64,000 nucleotides of DNA from an uncultured bacterium (lineage in GTDB: Bacteria; Patescibacteriota; Minisyncoccia; Phycocordibacterales; Phycocordibacteraceae): positions 61,547 through 125,546 of the forward strand of contig CAMTYL010000004.1 of assembly GCA_947085985.1 (NCBI GenBank). The letters run 5' to 3'. The notes beneath the pieces are model-generated. The model had not been told where the DNA came from, made no database searches, and saw only the letters and a list, made by a program, of their open reading frames with translations. The position numbers and the translations under genes are program-made. Positions 19,263 through 29,106 of the stretch are shown here, in pieces; within the stretch, counting starts at the first letter, position 1, and the number at the start of each line of letters is the position of its first letter.

Positions 19263-19652
19263 TTACCAAATCTTGAAGAGCTCTTCCCCACCAACATGGA
19301 GTCGGCGTGCCTCGCGATCAGAGAGGATTCCCTTTGGCGTAGACATGATGCGGGCACCCACACCGTTCTTAACGCTGTGTGTATCGTCTGCACCTGCGTA
19401 GAGGCGGCGTCCTGGCTTTGATACGCGCTTTACGTCAGTAATCTTACTGTCGCCAGCATCGTTCAGTGCAAGCTGTACTTCAAAACTGTACGGCACCTTG
19501 CTCTTTCCTACTTCAGAAAGGTAGCCAAGCTCCTTAAGCTTGTAGGCGATAGCCTCTACGTGCTTTGAATACGGCACCACAACAGTGTGCTTGCCGATTG
19601 CGCCAGCATTCTTGAGGCGAATAATGAAGTCTCCTACGCGGTCAGTTACCAT
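19263..19652 (-). CDS. rpsH: 30S ribosomal protein S8
   Basis: MVTDRVGDFIIRLKNA... Confidence 0.9.
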   Translation of the reverse strand: MVTDRVGDFIIRLKNAGAIGKHTVVVPYSKHVEAIAYKLKELGYLSEVGKSKVPYSFEVQLALNDAGDSKITDVKRVSKPGRRLYAGADDTHSVKNGVGARIMSTPKGILSDREARRLHVGGEELFKIW

Positions 19653-19663
19653 AGTACGAAAAA

Positions 19664-19933
19664 TTACCAAGAAGCTTTCTTAACGCCAGGAATCTTTCCC
19701 TCGCGAGCGAGCTCGCGGAACTGGATGCGAGAAAGACCGAATGCGCGCATGTAGCCACGAGGGCGACCAGTGACGACGCAGCGATTCTTCACACGAACAG
19801 GGGAAGAATTCTTTGGCAGCTTCTGTAGACCCTCCCAGTCACCCGCAAGCTTTAAAGCCGCACGCTTTGCAGCGTACTTGAGCGTTAGCTTCGCCTTCTT
19901 GGCGTTGCGAGCGATTTGAGAGGTTTTTGCCAT
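19664..19933 (-). CDS. rpsN: 30S ribosomal protein S14 (long, non-zinc type)
   Basis: [15 protein letters not shown] ... [26 protein letters not shown]. Confidence 0.85.
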   Translation of the reverse strand: MAKTSQIARNAKKAKLTLKYAAKRAALKLAGDWEGLQKLPKNSSPVRVKNRCVVTGRPRGYMRAFGLSRIQFRELAREGKIPGVKKASW

Positions 19934-20074
19934 AAAAAATAGCTCCGGAGAGCCGTTCATGTAATCTATCAGTAAGTATATAGGCTGTCAAATAAGGGAC
20001 GAGCTGATATGACAAATGCCCGGCGCCACAGATGAGAATCTGCAGCACCGGGCCCGTATGCCCAGGAAATGGCT

Positions 20075-20572
20075 CTACAGCAGGCTGAAAATCAGCTTGC
20101 GTTCCGGTTCCCAGACCCGTTGCGGATCGAGGCGCCGCGCATACAGCCACCGAATTCCGCGCTCCTCCGCCACCACCAGGTGATGGGGCTGATCGTTGCC
20201 GTCGAGGACCGGCTCGGTGTAGACCACGCCGGCAAGCTGCGTACCCTTCGGCGCCGCCCACAGGTCAAGAGCGAACGCCAGAGAGAGAGGCTTGGCGCCC
20301 ATCTTCGAAAGCTGGCCGAGGACGGCCGTTTCGCGGACGGGAACACCGTGCTTGAATCCGAGGTGCGCCAGCGTGACCTGGCCAACCAGGCCCTTGTGCT
20401 CGTAGACCGCGAGACAGCCCTTCGTCTCGCTGCTGGCCAAAGTCGCCAGCAACTTGCGGGCGTGCTCGTCCATCTGATGACTCGGGTCAGCGAACGCGAG
20501 GAAGTGGGACACGTGGTCCATGTTGCTTTCCAGCGAGTAACGAACGCGCGGAATATCGAGAATGTCCCCCAT
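20075..20572 (-). CDS. hypothetical protein inserted between rplE and rpsN; GC3-rich, foreign-looking
   Basis: 165 aa, SD AAGGAGG 6 nt before the ATG; ~65% GC against ~53% for flanking r-protein genes; no family recognised. Confidence 0.55.
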   Translation of the reverse strand: MGDILDIPRVRYSLESNMDHVSHFLAFADPSHQMDEHARKLLATLASSETKGCLAVYEHKGLVGQVTLAHLGFKHGVPVRETAVLGQLSKMGAKPLSLAFALDLWAAPKGTQLAGVVYTEPVLDGNDQPHHLVVAEERGIRWLYARRLDPQRVWEPERKLIFSLL

Positions 20573-20650
20573 AGGGCCTCCTTACTGAGCAGAGGTGCGG
20601 AATGCACCAATGAACTCCTCCTCTCTGGATACCACGAAATGCATAAAAGT

Positions 20651-20674
20651 AAAACCCCGGCACTGCCGGGGTTT
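20651..20674. terminator. bidirectional rho-independent terminator directly after rplE
   Basis: AAAA-CCCCGGC-act-GCCGGGG-TTTT. Confidence 0.65.
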
Positions 20675-20693
20675 TACTTGTAAGAAATGCTAC

Positions 20694-21230
20694 TTACGCA
20701 GTCTTAATCGGAAGCCCAAGCATACGAAGGAATGCCTCTGCCTCTTCCTTGGTCTTTGCGGTTGTCACAAAGGTGATAGCAAGACCAAATACGTCCTTCA
20801 AGTCCTCTTCTGAGGTCTCAGGGAAGATGGTGTGGTCCTTGATACCGATGGTGTAGTTGCCCATCTCATCAAACGACCCAGCAGAAAGTCCACGGAAGTC
20901 GCGCGTACGAGGAAGTGCAATGTGAATCAGCTTGTCCACGAAGTGGAACATGCGTGTTGAACGAAGCGTCACCTGGTAACCTACGATTTCACCCTGACGC
21001 ATCTTGAACTGTGCAATTGACTGCTTAGACGCACGCGGCGCAGCCTTCTGGCCCGTAATGCGAGCAAGACGCCCTTCAATAAGAGTCTTTCGGTTCTTGT
21101 CAGCCTTTCCTACTCCCGTAGAAACCACCACCTTTACAAGGCGTGGAGATGAGAACACGTTGGTGTATCCGAAACGCTCCTTAAGCGTATCAAATGCCTT
21201 GCTCTGCTTTTCTTTAGTAATCATTGTCAT
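20694..21230 (-). CDS. rplE: 50S ribosomal protein L5
   Basis: L5 family conservation. Confidence 0.9.
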   Translation of the reverse strand: MTMITKEKQSKAFDTLKERFGYTNVFSSPRLVKVVVSTGVGKADKNRKTLIEGRLARITGQKAAPRASKQSIAQFKMRQGEIVGYQVTLRSTRMFHFVDKLIHIALPRTRDFRGLSAGSFDEMGNYTIGIKDHTIFPETSEEDLKDVFGLAITFVTTAKTKEEAEAFLRMLGLPIKTA

Positions 21231-21241
21231 AAATACGGTGG

Positions 21242-21586
21242 TTACGCGAGTTTGGTGCCGCTCTTTACGGTGACACGGGTACGCTTTCCATCAATCTCTT
21301 CGCGCTTTACGCGAGTACCCTTCTTCTCCTTTGGGTCATAGACCATCACATTTGAGATAGCCATAGCGCGTGGGCGCTCTACGATGCGGCCAGACTGACC
21401 ACGGCCAGTACCACGAAGGTGGCGCTTTACGATAGCTGCGCCCTCTACTACTACCTTAGCCTCAAGCGGAATAACACGCTCAACAACGCCGGTCTTACCC
21501 TTGTCCTTTCCAGAGATAACGAGAACCGTATCTCCCTTCTTGATCTTAAACTTTGCGGTCTGCTGACCCATGCTTGCCTTTGACAT
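21242..21586 (-). CDS. rplX: 50S ribosomal protein L24
   Basis: KOW motif KGDTVLVISGKDKGK. Confidence 0.9.
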   Translation of the reverse strand: MSKASMGQQTAKFKIKKGDTVLVISGKDKGKTGVVERVIPLEAKVVVEGAAIVKRHLRGTGRGQSGRIVERPRAMAISNVMVYDPKEKKGTRVKREEIDGKRTRVTVKSGTKLA

Positions 21587-21597
21587 ATAGATAGAGG

Positions 21598-21975
21598 TTA
21601 TACAACTTCAGGCGCAATAGACGCAATGTTCTGCCATCCGCGCTCTACAAGGTCGCGCGGTACTGGACCAAACACACGGTTACCCTTGGGGCCCATTTCC
21701 TTACCCTGCTTCTCAATAAGCACGACTGCGTTGTCATCAAAACGCACGTAGATACCAGATGCGCGACGGAAGGCCTTCTTCTGGCGCACCACCACAGCCT
21801 TGTAGATGTCCTTCTTTTTTACTGCCTTGCGTGGCTCTGCGGTCTGGACTGATACCACAACCACGTCGCCAATCTCAGCGTAGCGGCGCTTTGAACCACC
21901 AAGCACCTTGAACACGCGCGCAATCTTTGCGCCTGAGTTGTCTGCAACGGTGACGATACTTTGTGGCTGTAGCAT
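21598..21975 (-). CDS. rplN: 50S ribosomal protein L14
   Basis: MLQPQSIVTVADNSGAK. Confidence 0.95.
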   Translation of the reverse strand: MLQPQSIVTVADNSGAKIARVFKVLGGSKRRYAEIGDVVVVSVQTAEPRKAVKKKDIYKAVVVRQKKAFRRASGIYVRFDDNAVVLIEKQGKEMGPKGNRVFGPVPRDLVERGWQNIASIAPEVV

Positions 21976-21986
21976 AAATAATAGAG

Positions 21987-22229
21987 TTACTTGGCGATTT
22001 TGAATGACTTACGCTTTGAGATAGGTGCGCAGGCCACGATGGTAACCTTGTCCCCTTCCTTTGCGGTGTTGCCCTCGTCGTGCACGAGGAACTTCTTGGT
22101 CTTCACCTGGAACTTCTTGTACTTCGGGTGCATGACGTAGCGAGATACCGCAACGGTAGCCGTGTCCTTCATTGCCGTCTTTACAACGACTCCCTCAAAA
22201 TGCTGTGGCTGTGTGGTGGTCTTTTCCAT
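21987..22229 (-). CDS. rpsQ: 30S ribosomal protein S17
   Basis: S17 OB-fold consensus. Confidence 0.9.
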   Translation of the reverse strand: MEKTTTQPQHFEGVVVKTAMKDTATVAVSRYVMHPKYKKFQVKTKKFLVHDEGNTAKEGDKVTIVACAPISKRKSFKIAK

Positions 22230-22234
22230 AATAA

Positions 22235-22435
22235 TTAGTTGGTCTTCTGTGCGGTCATCTGGGTCAAGATGCGTGCGATGTCCTTGCGAGTCTTCTTTGG
22301 GAGAGACGCATCTGCTGGGCGAGCGCCTGCCGCTGCAAAGCGAAGCTTGCGAAGCTCTTCACGCTTCTCTCCAAGGAGTAGAGCGAGCTCTTCGGCGGTC
22401 TTTTCGGTTAGGGTGAGTTTCTTAGACATACGCAA
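22235..22435 (-). CDS. rpmC: 50S ribosomal protein L29
   Basis: 66 aa helical L29. Confidence 0.85.
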   Translation of the reverse strand: MRMSKKLTLTEKTAEELALLLGEKREELRKLRFAAAGARPADASLPKKTRKDIARILTQMTAQKTN

Positions 22436-22439
22436 AGAG

Positions 22440-22859
22440 TTAGCGGGTTACAACGGTTGTCTTCATAGGAAGCTTTGCGCCAGCACGACGGATGGCATCA
22501 CGTGCCTTCACGTCCTCTACGCCATCCATCTCAAAGAGTACGCGTCCTGGGCGAACCTCAAAGACGAAGCCCTTCGGGTCTCCCTTACCCTTACCCATGC
22601 CCACCTCAGCTGGCTTTGCAGTCACCGGGCGGTCTGGGAATACGCGAATCCACATCTTGCCGGTCTTGCCACATGCACGAGAGAGCACCTTACGGGCAGC
22701 CTCAATCTGATTGCTGGTGATGCGTCCTGGTGTGGTCGCCTTCATTGCGTATGAACCAAATGACACAGTGATGCCACGAGTATCAGGGCGCGCGAGCTTC
22801 TCTGGACTCTTTCGTCCAGTCTGCCACTTGCGGTGTTTTACTTTCTTAGGGAACAACAT
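22440..22859 (-). CDS. rplP: 50S ribosomal protein L16
   Basis: L16 consensus. Confidence 0.9.
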   Translation of the reverse strand: MLFPKKVKHRKWQTGRKSPEKLARPDTRGITVSFGSYAMKATTPGRITSNQIEAARKVLSRACGKTGKMWIRVFPDRPVTAKPAEVGMGKGKGDPKGFVFEVRPGRVLFEMDGVEDVKARDAIRRAGAKLPMKTTVVTR

Positions 22860-22865
22860 ACGCGT

Positions 22866-23558
22866 TTATTTAGACTGAGCGTTACGAGGAGCGGTTGCAG
22901 ACTCTGCGAAGGTCTCGCCAAGGTAGATCCACACCTTAATACCAATCACACCGTACGGAAGGTATGCACGCTCCTGAGCGTAATCAATGTTTGCACGGAA
23001 GGTCTGAAGTGGAATACGTCCCTTCTTAATCTGCTCGGTGCGGCTCATGTCGGCTCCTCCGAGGCGGCCAGACACTACAATGCGCACACCCACTACCTCG
23101 CGAACAGACATTACCTTTTCAACCGTTGACTTCAGAACACGGCGGAAGGTCATGCGCTTCTCAAGACCCTCAGCGACCATGTACGCAACAATTGCGGCAC
23201 TGGTCTCTGGCTGACGAATTTCAATGATGTCCAGCTTTACTGCGCGACCATGAAGCGGTGATGCTTTGCGAACAACGGTGGTTAGTTCTGCGCGAAGTTT
23301 GGTAGCGTTCTCACCTGAGCGACCGATAACGAGACCTGGGCGAGCCGTGTGAAGAATCACACGGATTTCAGCAGCTGAGCGCTCAATCTCAATATCGGCA
23401 ACGTGCATTGAGCGAAGGCGCTTCTTCAAAAAGCCACGGATAGCAGCATCCACCGCAATGTTCTCGCGGTAACTCTTCTTATCTGCAGCAAACCAGCGAC
23501 TCTTCCAGTCGCGAATGATGCCGAGGCGGTGTGCGTAAGGATGTACGGTGTGTGTCAT
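22866..23558 (-). CDS. rpsC: 30S ribosomal protein S3
   Basis: KH domain plus S3 C-terminal domain. Confidence 0.9.
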   Translation of the reverse strand: MTHTVHPYAHRLGIIRDWKSRWFAADKKSYRENIAVDAAIRGFLKKRLRSMHVADIEIERSAAEIRVILHTARPGLVIGRSGENATKLRAELTTVVRKASPLHGRAVKLDIIEIRQPETSAAIVAYMVAEGLEKRMTFRRVLKSTVEKVMSVREVVGVRIVVSGRLGGADMSRTEQIKKGRIPLQTFRANIDYAQERAYLPYGVIGIKVWIYLGETFAESATAPRNAQSK

Positions 23559-23566
23559 GGTAAAAA

Positions 23567-23974
23567 TTATGCACTTGGCACAGATGGATTCTCTACAGAA
23601 AGAGTAACGATAACGTTACTACGGCGCTTGCGAATAGGAGCAGCACGTCCCATAGCGCGCGGCATGTACTTCTTAATCATGCCCGCACTGTTCACCTGAA
23701 TGTTAGCCACGCGAAGTGAGTCCTTGTCCTCTCCCTTAGCAACACCGTTAGCGACAGCACTCTCAATAAGCTTCTTGATAGGAAGCGCTGCGCGCTTTGG
23801 AAGGAACGAAAGCGCTGCTACTGCGTCAGCAACCTTCTTGCCCTTTACCATGTCGGTCACCAGGCGAACCTTGCGTGGAGACTGGTTATAGGTAGCAAGC
23901 TCGGCCTTGATTGCCTTCTTCTGCTCTGCCTTACGAATTGCAGCGGGTGCCTTGTGTGTGCCAGTAGATGCCAT
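23567..23974 (-). CDS. rplV: 50S ribosomal protein L22
   Basis: L22 consensus. Confidence 0.9.
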   Translation of the reverse strand: MASTGTHKAPAAIRKAEQKKAIKAELATYNQSPRKVRLVTDMVKGKKVADAVAALSFLPKRAALPIKKLIESAVANGVAKGEDKDSLRVANIQVNSAGMIKKYMPRAMGRAAPIRKRRSNVIVTLSVENPSVPSA

Positions 23975-23980
23975 AGTAGA

Positions 23981-24328
23981 TTATTTCTTCTTAGGAGCGG
24001 CAGGGGCTGCCTTTGCAGCCTTAGCTGCTGCAATCTCAGCAGCCTGCTTCTTCTGCTCAAGCTGCTTCTGCATCTTACCTCCGTGACGGACGAACTTCTT
24101 GGTTGAAGAGAATTCGCCAAGCTTGTGGCCCACCATGTCCTCGGTGACGAGTACGTCTATGTGGCTCTTGCCGTTGTGCACCCCGAAGGTGAATCCAACG
24201 AACTCAGGCGCAATCTGACTGTTGCGCGCCCATGTCTTAATAGAGGCCGTATCAGACGGCTTTTTGCCATCAACCTTCTTAAGAAGCTTGATGTCGACGT
24301 ATGGGCCTTTTTTAAGTGAGCGTGACAT
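23981..24328 (-). CDS. rpsS: 30S ribosomal protein S19 with K/A-rich C-terminal tail
   Basis: [12 protein letters not shown] ... GHKLGEF core. Confidence 0.9.
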   Translation of the reverse strand: MSRSLKKGPYVDIKLLKKVDGKKPSDTASIKTWARNSQIAPEFVGFTFGVHNGKSHIDVLVTEDMVGHKLGEFSSTKKFVRHGGKMQKQLEQKKQAAEIAAAKAAKAAPAAPKKK

Positions 24329-24462
24329 AGATAGACAATGGAAAGCCCGCCAAGCGGGATAGGTAAAATCTATATTAAAGCTGGCCTGGTGTCAAACTTT
24401 GGGTGTTGTGGTAGGGTGCTGGCAGGTGTTCAAATGCTAGATGATCTACTGGAGGTCAAGTT

Positions 24463-24915
24463 ATGACGATGGTTCCCGTTGTTGAATTGCGCGTCTGGAC
24501 GCGCTATCCGGGCCAGTTCAGAGGCCAGGTGCCTGTTAGAGACCGTGCCAGCTATATGCTGACGGACCCCACCGGTCACCTTTCTGCTCTTATCAAAAGG
24601 AGCGAAGAGCTGACCAAGCAATGCGCTAAAAACAGCTTGCGGACGGACTTTCTCCCCTCCTTGAGGGCGAAGTGGCTGGCCTGGGCATCAAAGCGACTCA
24701 TCAAGAGGCTTGCTTCGCGCACCAAAAGGGCGCTCAGCCAGCTAGTGGTCACAAGCAATAAGTCTGCCAGGGTACTGGAGAGCCATGAAAAGCACCGTGT
24801 TGTGCAAAGCATGGACAGGGCCGTGAGATTGGACTTTGTTGCTTACCAGGCTAAGGAGCCTTTTGACGGAGAAACCCTTCTCTTGGTGGCATACGCAAGT
24901 ACCGTCCTAAAATAA
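24463..24915 (+). CDS. hypothetical protein, opposite strand, inside the rplB-rpsS junction
   Basis: 150 aa, SD GGAGGT 8 nt upstream of the ATG, terminator downstream. Confidence 0.55.
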   Translation: MTMVPVVELRVWTRYPGQFRGQVPVRDRASYMLTDPTGHLSALIKRSEELTKQCAKNSLRTDFLPSLRAKWLAWASKRLIKRLASRTKRALSQLVVTSNKSARVLESHEKHRVVQSMDRAVRLDFVAYQAKEPFDGETLLLVAYASTVLK

Positions 24916-24924
24916 GCCCACCCC

Positions 24925-24960
24925 GGACCCTGCACCATGCAGGGTCCGCGCTTATTAAGG
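24925..24960 (+). terminator. rho-independent terminator
   Basis: GGACCCTGCA-ccat-TGCAGGGTCC then GCGCTTATT. Confidence 0.6.
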
Positions 24961-24982
24961 ATGGGGGAGTATACTTTCTTAT

Positions 24983-25795
24983 ATGACCGACCGCATAAAG
25001 TACTTCCTTCCCGCAGCAATCTTACTCGTAATTCTCTTGGGCGGTGTCGTTTGGTACATGATGAGCACTCCCGCTCCTACACCAAATTTTGGTACTGACA
25101 CACCAGCTGCCGCCACAGAACCCGTCACCGTCACGGATGAAGCCACCTACTACACCGTAAGGGCGCTGTACCCGAGTGAAACACCCCTTAAAGCTTCTGC
25201 AGGGGCACAGGCCGACCAGACAGCTGTTTCAGTCATGAAGACCTTCGTAGAGCAAGAAATTGCCCGGTTCAAAGACAACGGGAACTTTGCGAACCTATCG
25301 CACGACGATGTGCAGATGTTGGGGCTCGATCAGCGCAAGTATGAGCTGGATCTTGAGTACACTACACATGCTGGTAACGCGACACTCACCTATGTGTACC
25401 AAATGTACATGGATACGGGTGGAGCCCATCCAAATGTGTTTTACCGAACCTTTACTTTTGATGTAAAGACGGGAGCCCAGCTCAGCATGCACGACCTCTT
25501 TGCGGAAGATGCGCCTTACCTTGAGACTCTCTCTACCCTCTCGCGCAGCAAACTGCCTGCGTTTATGGCTGCGCGTAGCGGCGTAGCGGTAAGCGAAGTA
25601 GATACCGACTACATCGCGAGCGGCACCATGGCTGTGGAGGACGCGTTCCAAAACTTCTACTTCAAGGACGGAAACTTGGTACTCCTCTTCCCTCCCTACC
25701 AAATCGGCCCGTATGTTCTGGGCATGATTGAACTTCCTATTCCAGTGTCAGAACTTTCAGATCTACGCGTTGAGTACAAAAATAGTGCCCGTTAA
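24983..25795 (+). CDS. membrane-anchored DUF3298/DUF4163-domain protein (RsiV/PdaC-like fold)
   Basis: N-terminal TM helix; hallmark YQMYMDTGGAHPNVFYRTFTFD block. Confidence 0.65.
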   Translation: MTDRIKYFLPAAILLVILLGGVVWYMMSTPAPTPNFGTDTPAAATEPVTVTDEATYYTVRALYPSETPLKASAGAQADQTAVSVMKTFVEQEIARFKDNGNFANLSHDDVQMLGLDQRKYELDLEYTTHAGNATLTYVYQMYMDTGGAHPNVFYRTFTFDVKTGAQLSMHDLFAEDAPYLETLSTLSRSKLPAFMAARSGVAVSEVDTDYIASGTMAVEDAFQNFYFKDGNLVLLFPPYQIGPYVLGMIELPIPVSELSDLRVEYKNSAR

Positions 25796-25870
25796 CAGCT
25801 TACTCTTTACGTGCACTACTGCGCTTTATTTGCTAGGGTTACGGCAGGTGAACAGAAGGGGGAAACCCAA

Positions 25871-26089
25871 ATGTGTGAAGCTTGCGGCCCCAGTAGCGGG
25901 GTACCCGAACGAATAAGCCCGGAGCTTATGGAGCGGTTCCGAGAAATCGGCCGTCAGGAAGCTGCCCGTCGCGGCATCACAGAGGAGGAGTATCTGGATG
26001 CCAACGTCACGGTGAGCCCGCCAAACCGCCTTATGGCGTGGCTGCGGGAAGCCTGGACCAACATCCAGCTCTTGAAGCCGTGGCTCTAA
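25871..26089 (+). CDS. small hypothetical protein
   Basis: 72 aa from ATG 25871, with SD GGGGGA upstream. Confidence 0.4.
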   Translation: MCEACGPSSGVPERISPELMERFREIGRQEAARRGITEEEYLDANVTVSPPNRLMAWLREAWTNIQLLKPWL

Positions 26090-26102
26090 GACCACGCAAG
26101 TG

Positions 26103-26174
26103 GGGCCCGTCGCGAGACGGGCCCTTCGTGTGCCTGGAGTATAAACAAAAAGCCGCTCGTTGGAGCGGCTTTTT
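26103..26174 (+). terminator. two consecutive hairpins; the second is a bidirectional A-tract/T-tract terminator
   Basis: GGGCCCGTC-gcgag-GACGGGCCC, then AAAAAGCCGCTC-gttg-GAGCGGCTTTTT. Confidence 0.6.
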
Positions 26175-26198
26175 GCTAGGGAGCAGAAAATTGCTGCA

Positions 26199-26283
26199 GA
26201 TGCTAGGCGCGAGGAGGAAATTTCTGGAGGCGTACTGGCAGTACGACGGAAGAAATTTCTGAACTCGCAACAACGCAGATGTA
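26199..26283 (+). repeat. conserved intergenic element, copy C (GATGCTAGGCGCGAGGAG ... CGTACTGGCAGTACGACGGAAG ... CTCGCAACAACGCAGATG)
   Basis: between the insertion terminator and the rplB stop. Confidence 0.7.
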
Positions 26284-26301
26284 GTAATTTTGTGCTCACT
26301 A

Positions 26302-27147
26302 CTACCCCTTCTTGCCGACTTTGCGACGAGAAACAATATGCTTGTTTGAGTACTTCTTCGGAGTACGAGTCTTCTGACCCTTGCCGGTTGGCTTACCCCA
26401 CATGCTCTTGGCACGGCGGAGTCCGCGTCCCTGCTTACCTTCTCCACCTCCGTGTGGGTGATCAACTGGGTTCATCGCAGTACCGCGAACAGTAGGACGG
26501 ATGCCGAGCCAGCGGCTGCGACCTGCCTTACCAAAGTTAGCTAGGCGCTGCTCCTCGTTGCCAACCGCACCGATAGATGCCCAGCAGAGCTCGTTGACCT
26601 TGCGTACTTCAGACGAAGGAAGCTTGATCTGCGCGTAGCCAGCGTCGTGAGCTACTACTTCAGCGTAGTTTCCGGCAGAGCGTACAAGACGTGCACCTGC
26701 TCCTGGCTGCAGCTCAATGTTGTAGATAAAGGTTCCGGAAGGAATCTTTCCAAGGGGAAGACGGTTTCCGGTCTTGATCGGTGCTGCCTCTCCTACAAGG
26801 AACGTGTCTCCAACCTTCATATCCTTTGGTGCAAGCACGTAGCGGCGCTCTCCATCAGCAAATACGGTGAGTGCGATGAATGCAGTTCGGTATGGATCGT
26901 ACTCAATTGTCTCAATACGTGCAGGAATGTTCTTCTTGTCGTACTTGAAATCAATATCACGAAGCAAGCGCTTGTGACCACCTCCCTGGTGACGCACGGT
27001 AATGCGTCCAGAGTTGTTGCGTCCACCCTGACGCTTCTTGTGTGAGGTAAGTGCCTTGTGTGGCTTCACACCCGGAGTGAGTACGCCACGGTACGTGACA
27101 ACACTCATCTGGCGGCGACTCTTGGATGTTGGTTTGTAAGTCTTCAT
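26302..27147 (-). CDS. rplB: 50S ribosomal protein L2
   Basis: L2 consensus. Confidence 0.95.
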   Translation of the reverse strand: MKTYKPTSKSRRQMSVVTYRGVLTPGVKPHKALTSHKKRQGGRNNSGRITVRHQGGGHKRLLRDIDFKYDKKNIPARIETIEYDPYRTAFIALTVFADGERRYVLAPKDMKVGDTFLVGEAAPIKTGNRLPLGKIPSGTFIYNIELQPGAGARLVRSAGNYAEVVAHDAGYAQIKLPSSEVRKVNELCWASIGAVGNEEQRLANFGKAGRSRWLGIRPTVRGTAMNPVDHPHGGGEGKQGRGLRRAKSMWGKPTGKGQKTRTPKKYSNKHIVSRRKVGKKG

Positions 27148-27158
27148 ACGTAAATGGG

Positions 27159-27524
27159 CTATGCGAAGCTGATGGTGTCTCCCTTCTTGAGAGTCACATA
27201 CGCCTTGTGGCGACGGCTACGTGTTCCTACTCCACGACGTGAGCGAAGTGAAACAGTCTTTGCAGGAAGGTTCACAAGACGAACCTGAGCAGGTACCACG
27301 CCATATGCCTTCTCAATTGCGTTTGCAATGTCGGTAGAGGTTGCAGCTGGAAGCACCTCAAAGGTGTATACGCCGTTCTCGGTACCAATAAGCGCCTTCT
27401 CGCTGAACCATGGGCGCTTTAGTACGTTTGCAAGACGTGCATCGTCAGCAGCAAGTACACCGCGAGCCTTTGCAGGCGCCGCCTTCTTGGTTGTCTTCTT
27501 TGAGTTAGAGGAAAAGAGTGCCAT
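27159..27524 (-). CDS. rplW: 50S ribosomal protein L23
   Basis: L23 consensus with N-terminal extension. Confidence 0.85.
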   Translation of the reverse strand: MALFSSNSKKTTKKAAPAKARGVLAADDARLANVLKRPWFSEKALIGTENGVYTFEVLPAATSTDIANAIEKAYGVVPAQVRLVNLPAKTVSLRSRRGVGTRSRRHKAYVTLKKGDTISFA

Positions 27525-27535
27525 ACGTAATTCTG

Positions 27536-28297
27536 TTATGCCTTCTCTGCAGAAGCAGTCTTCTTCCCGAGGCGAAGCTGTAGAAGTGCGAACGCCTCTG
27601 TTGGGTTCTCGATAATGAGGTAGCGCTTGGTTACGAGGTCTACCGGGTTTAGGTTGCGCACCTCCTCAAGGGTGAGGCTGCCAATGTTGCGAAGAGACTT
27701 CTCAGCAACAAGGTCCTTCTTTGAGAAAGCGATAACCGCTGCGTTCTTGCGCTTGGTTGCAAGGTCCGCCTTGCCTGACGCGGTTGCTACTGCAACGATA
27801 GCTGCCTTTGCCTCCTTGGTGCTTGGCGCTGCGAAACCGAGCTTGTCTACGAAGATAACCTCACCATCGCGGTGCTTGCGTGAGAGAATCGTTGCGAGTG
27901 CAGCGATACGCATCTTGCGGTTAATCTTTACAGAGTAATCCTTCTCAGCGCGTGGACCGTGGGTCACACCTCCTCCGCGCCAAATTGGAGAGCGAGTAGA
28001 GCCGTGACGAGCGCGACCTGTACCCTTCTGCTTCCATGGCTTCTTGCCACCTCCTGCTACTTCTCCACGGAACTTTGTGTGCGCAGTCACCGGGCGAGCG
28101 TTTGCCTGCATACCGGTTACCACCTGGTGTACGAGGTCAGAGTTCCAAGACACACCGAAGAGCTCCTCTGGAAGCTTGATTGTCCCAGCTGATGCACCAG
28201 CGACGGTGTACATAGTTGCCTCCATAGAAACAGCTTCTGCCTTCTTTGGAGCGACCTTCTTCGTGGTTGTTTTCTTTGCAGTTGCCATACGTATCAA
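27536..28297 (-). CDS. rplD: 50S ribosomal protein L4
   Basis: L4 consensus. Confidence 0.9.
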   Translation of the reverse strand: MIRMATAKKTTTKKVAPKKAEAVSMEATMYTVAGASAGTIKLPEELFGVSWNSDLVHQVVTGMQANARPVTAHTKFRGEVAGGGKKPWKQKGTGRARHGSTRSPIWRGGGVTHGPRAEKDYSVKINRKMRIAALATILSRKHRDGEVIFVDKLGFAAPSTKEAKAAIVAVATASGKADLATKRKNAAVIAFSKKDLVAEKSLRNIGSLTLEEVRNLNPVDLVTKRYLIIENPTEAFALLQLRLGKKTASAEKA

Positions 28298-28299
28298 AA

Positions 28300-28914
28300 T
28301 TATGCAGAAATGATCTCCACGAGTGCACCCGGAGCGCCTGGAATAGCGCCAGAGATAATCATCTCTCCGGTAGCAGCGTTTACCTTCAAGACCTTTAGGT
28401 TCTTGATGGTTACACGGTCGTTACCCATGCGTCCTGCCATGCGCATACCCTTAGCGACGCGTCCTCCGGCGCGACCTCCTCCTCCGATGGAACCAGCCTC
28501 GCGCTCAGAGTGCTTCTGACCGTGTGAGCGGCGTCCTCCATGGAAGCCGTGGCGCTTAACCACACCAGCAAATCCGTGACCCTTAGAGGTAGAAGAGATA
28601 ACAACGGTGTCACCCTCAGCAAATACGTCAGCCTTGATTTCGCTTCCAACGGTTAGGTCGCCTGCCTCAGTCTTGAATTCCTTTAGGAAACGGTATGCCT
28701 TGCCCTTGGTGTGACCAAGCTGTGGCTTTGCTACACGGCTTTCCTTCTGCTCTCCAAAAGCAACCTGCACAGCAGCGTATCCATCCTTACCAGCAGCCTC
28801 CTTCACCTGTGTGACCACAACAGGACCTGCCTGTACGACAGTTCCAGCGTATACACGACCAGACTCATCAAAAATCTGAGTCATGCGGCCTTTACGAGCG
28901 AGGATGAATTTCAT
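28300..28914 (-). CDS. rplC: 50S ribosomal protein L3
   Basis: MKFILARKGRMTQIFDESG; start taken at ATG 28914. Confidence 0.9.
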   Translation of the reverse strand: MKFILARKGRMTQIFDESGRVYAGTVVQAGPVVVTQVKEAAGKDGYAAVQVAFGEQKESRVAKPQLGHTKGKAYRFLKEFKTEAGDLTVGSEIKADVFAEGDTVVISSTSKGHGFAGVVKRHGFHGGRRSHGQKHSEREAGSIGGGGRAGGRVAKGMRMAGRMGNDRVTIKNLKVLKVNAATGEMIISGAIPGAPGALVEIISA

Positions 28915-29106
28915 GAGGTAAAAATAAATCGCGCTAACACGTAGCGCGAGGTCGCTCAAAAGCGACTTCGGCTAGTGGTCTACCGCCCAAATGACGGTGT
29001 ACATAGCAACTCAAGGACTATACAGGGTCTGTCTCTGGAATGCAACTTTCCATGCTATATTCGCAGGTGTCAGGGTTGCCTGACGGAAAGGAACGGTAAG
29101 CCCATG

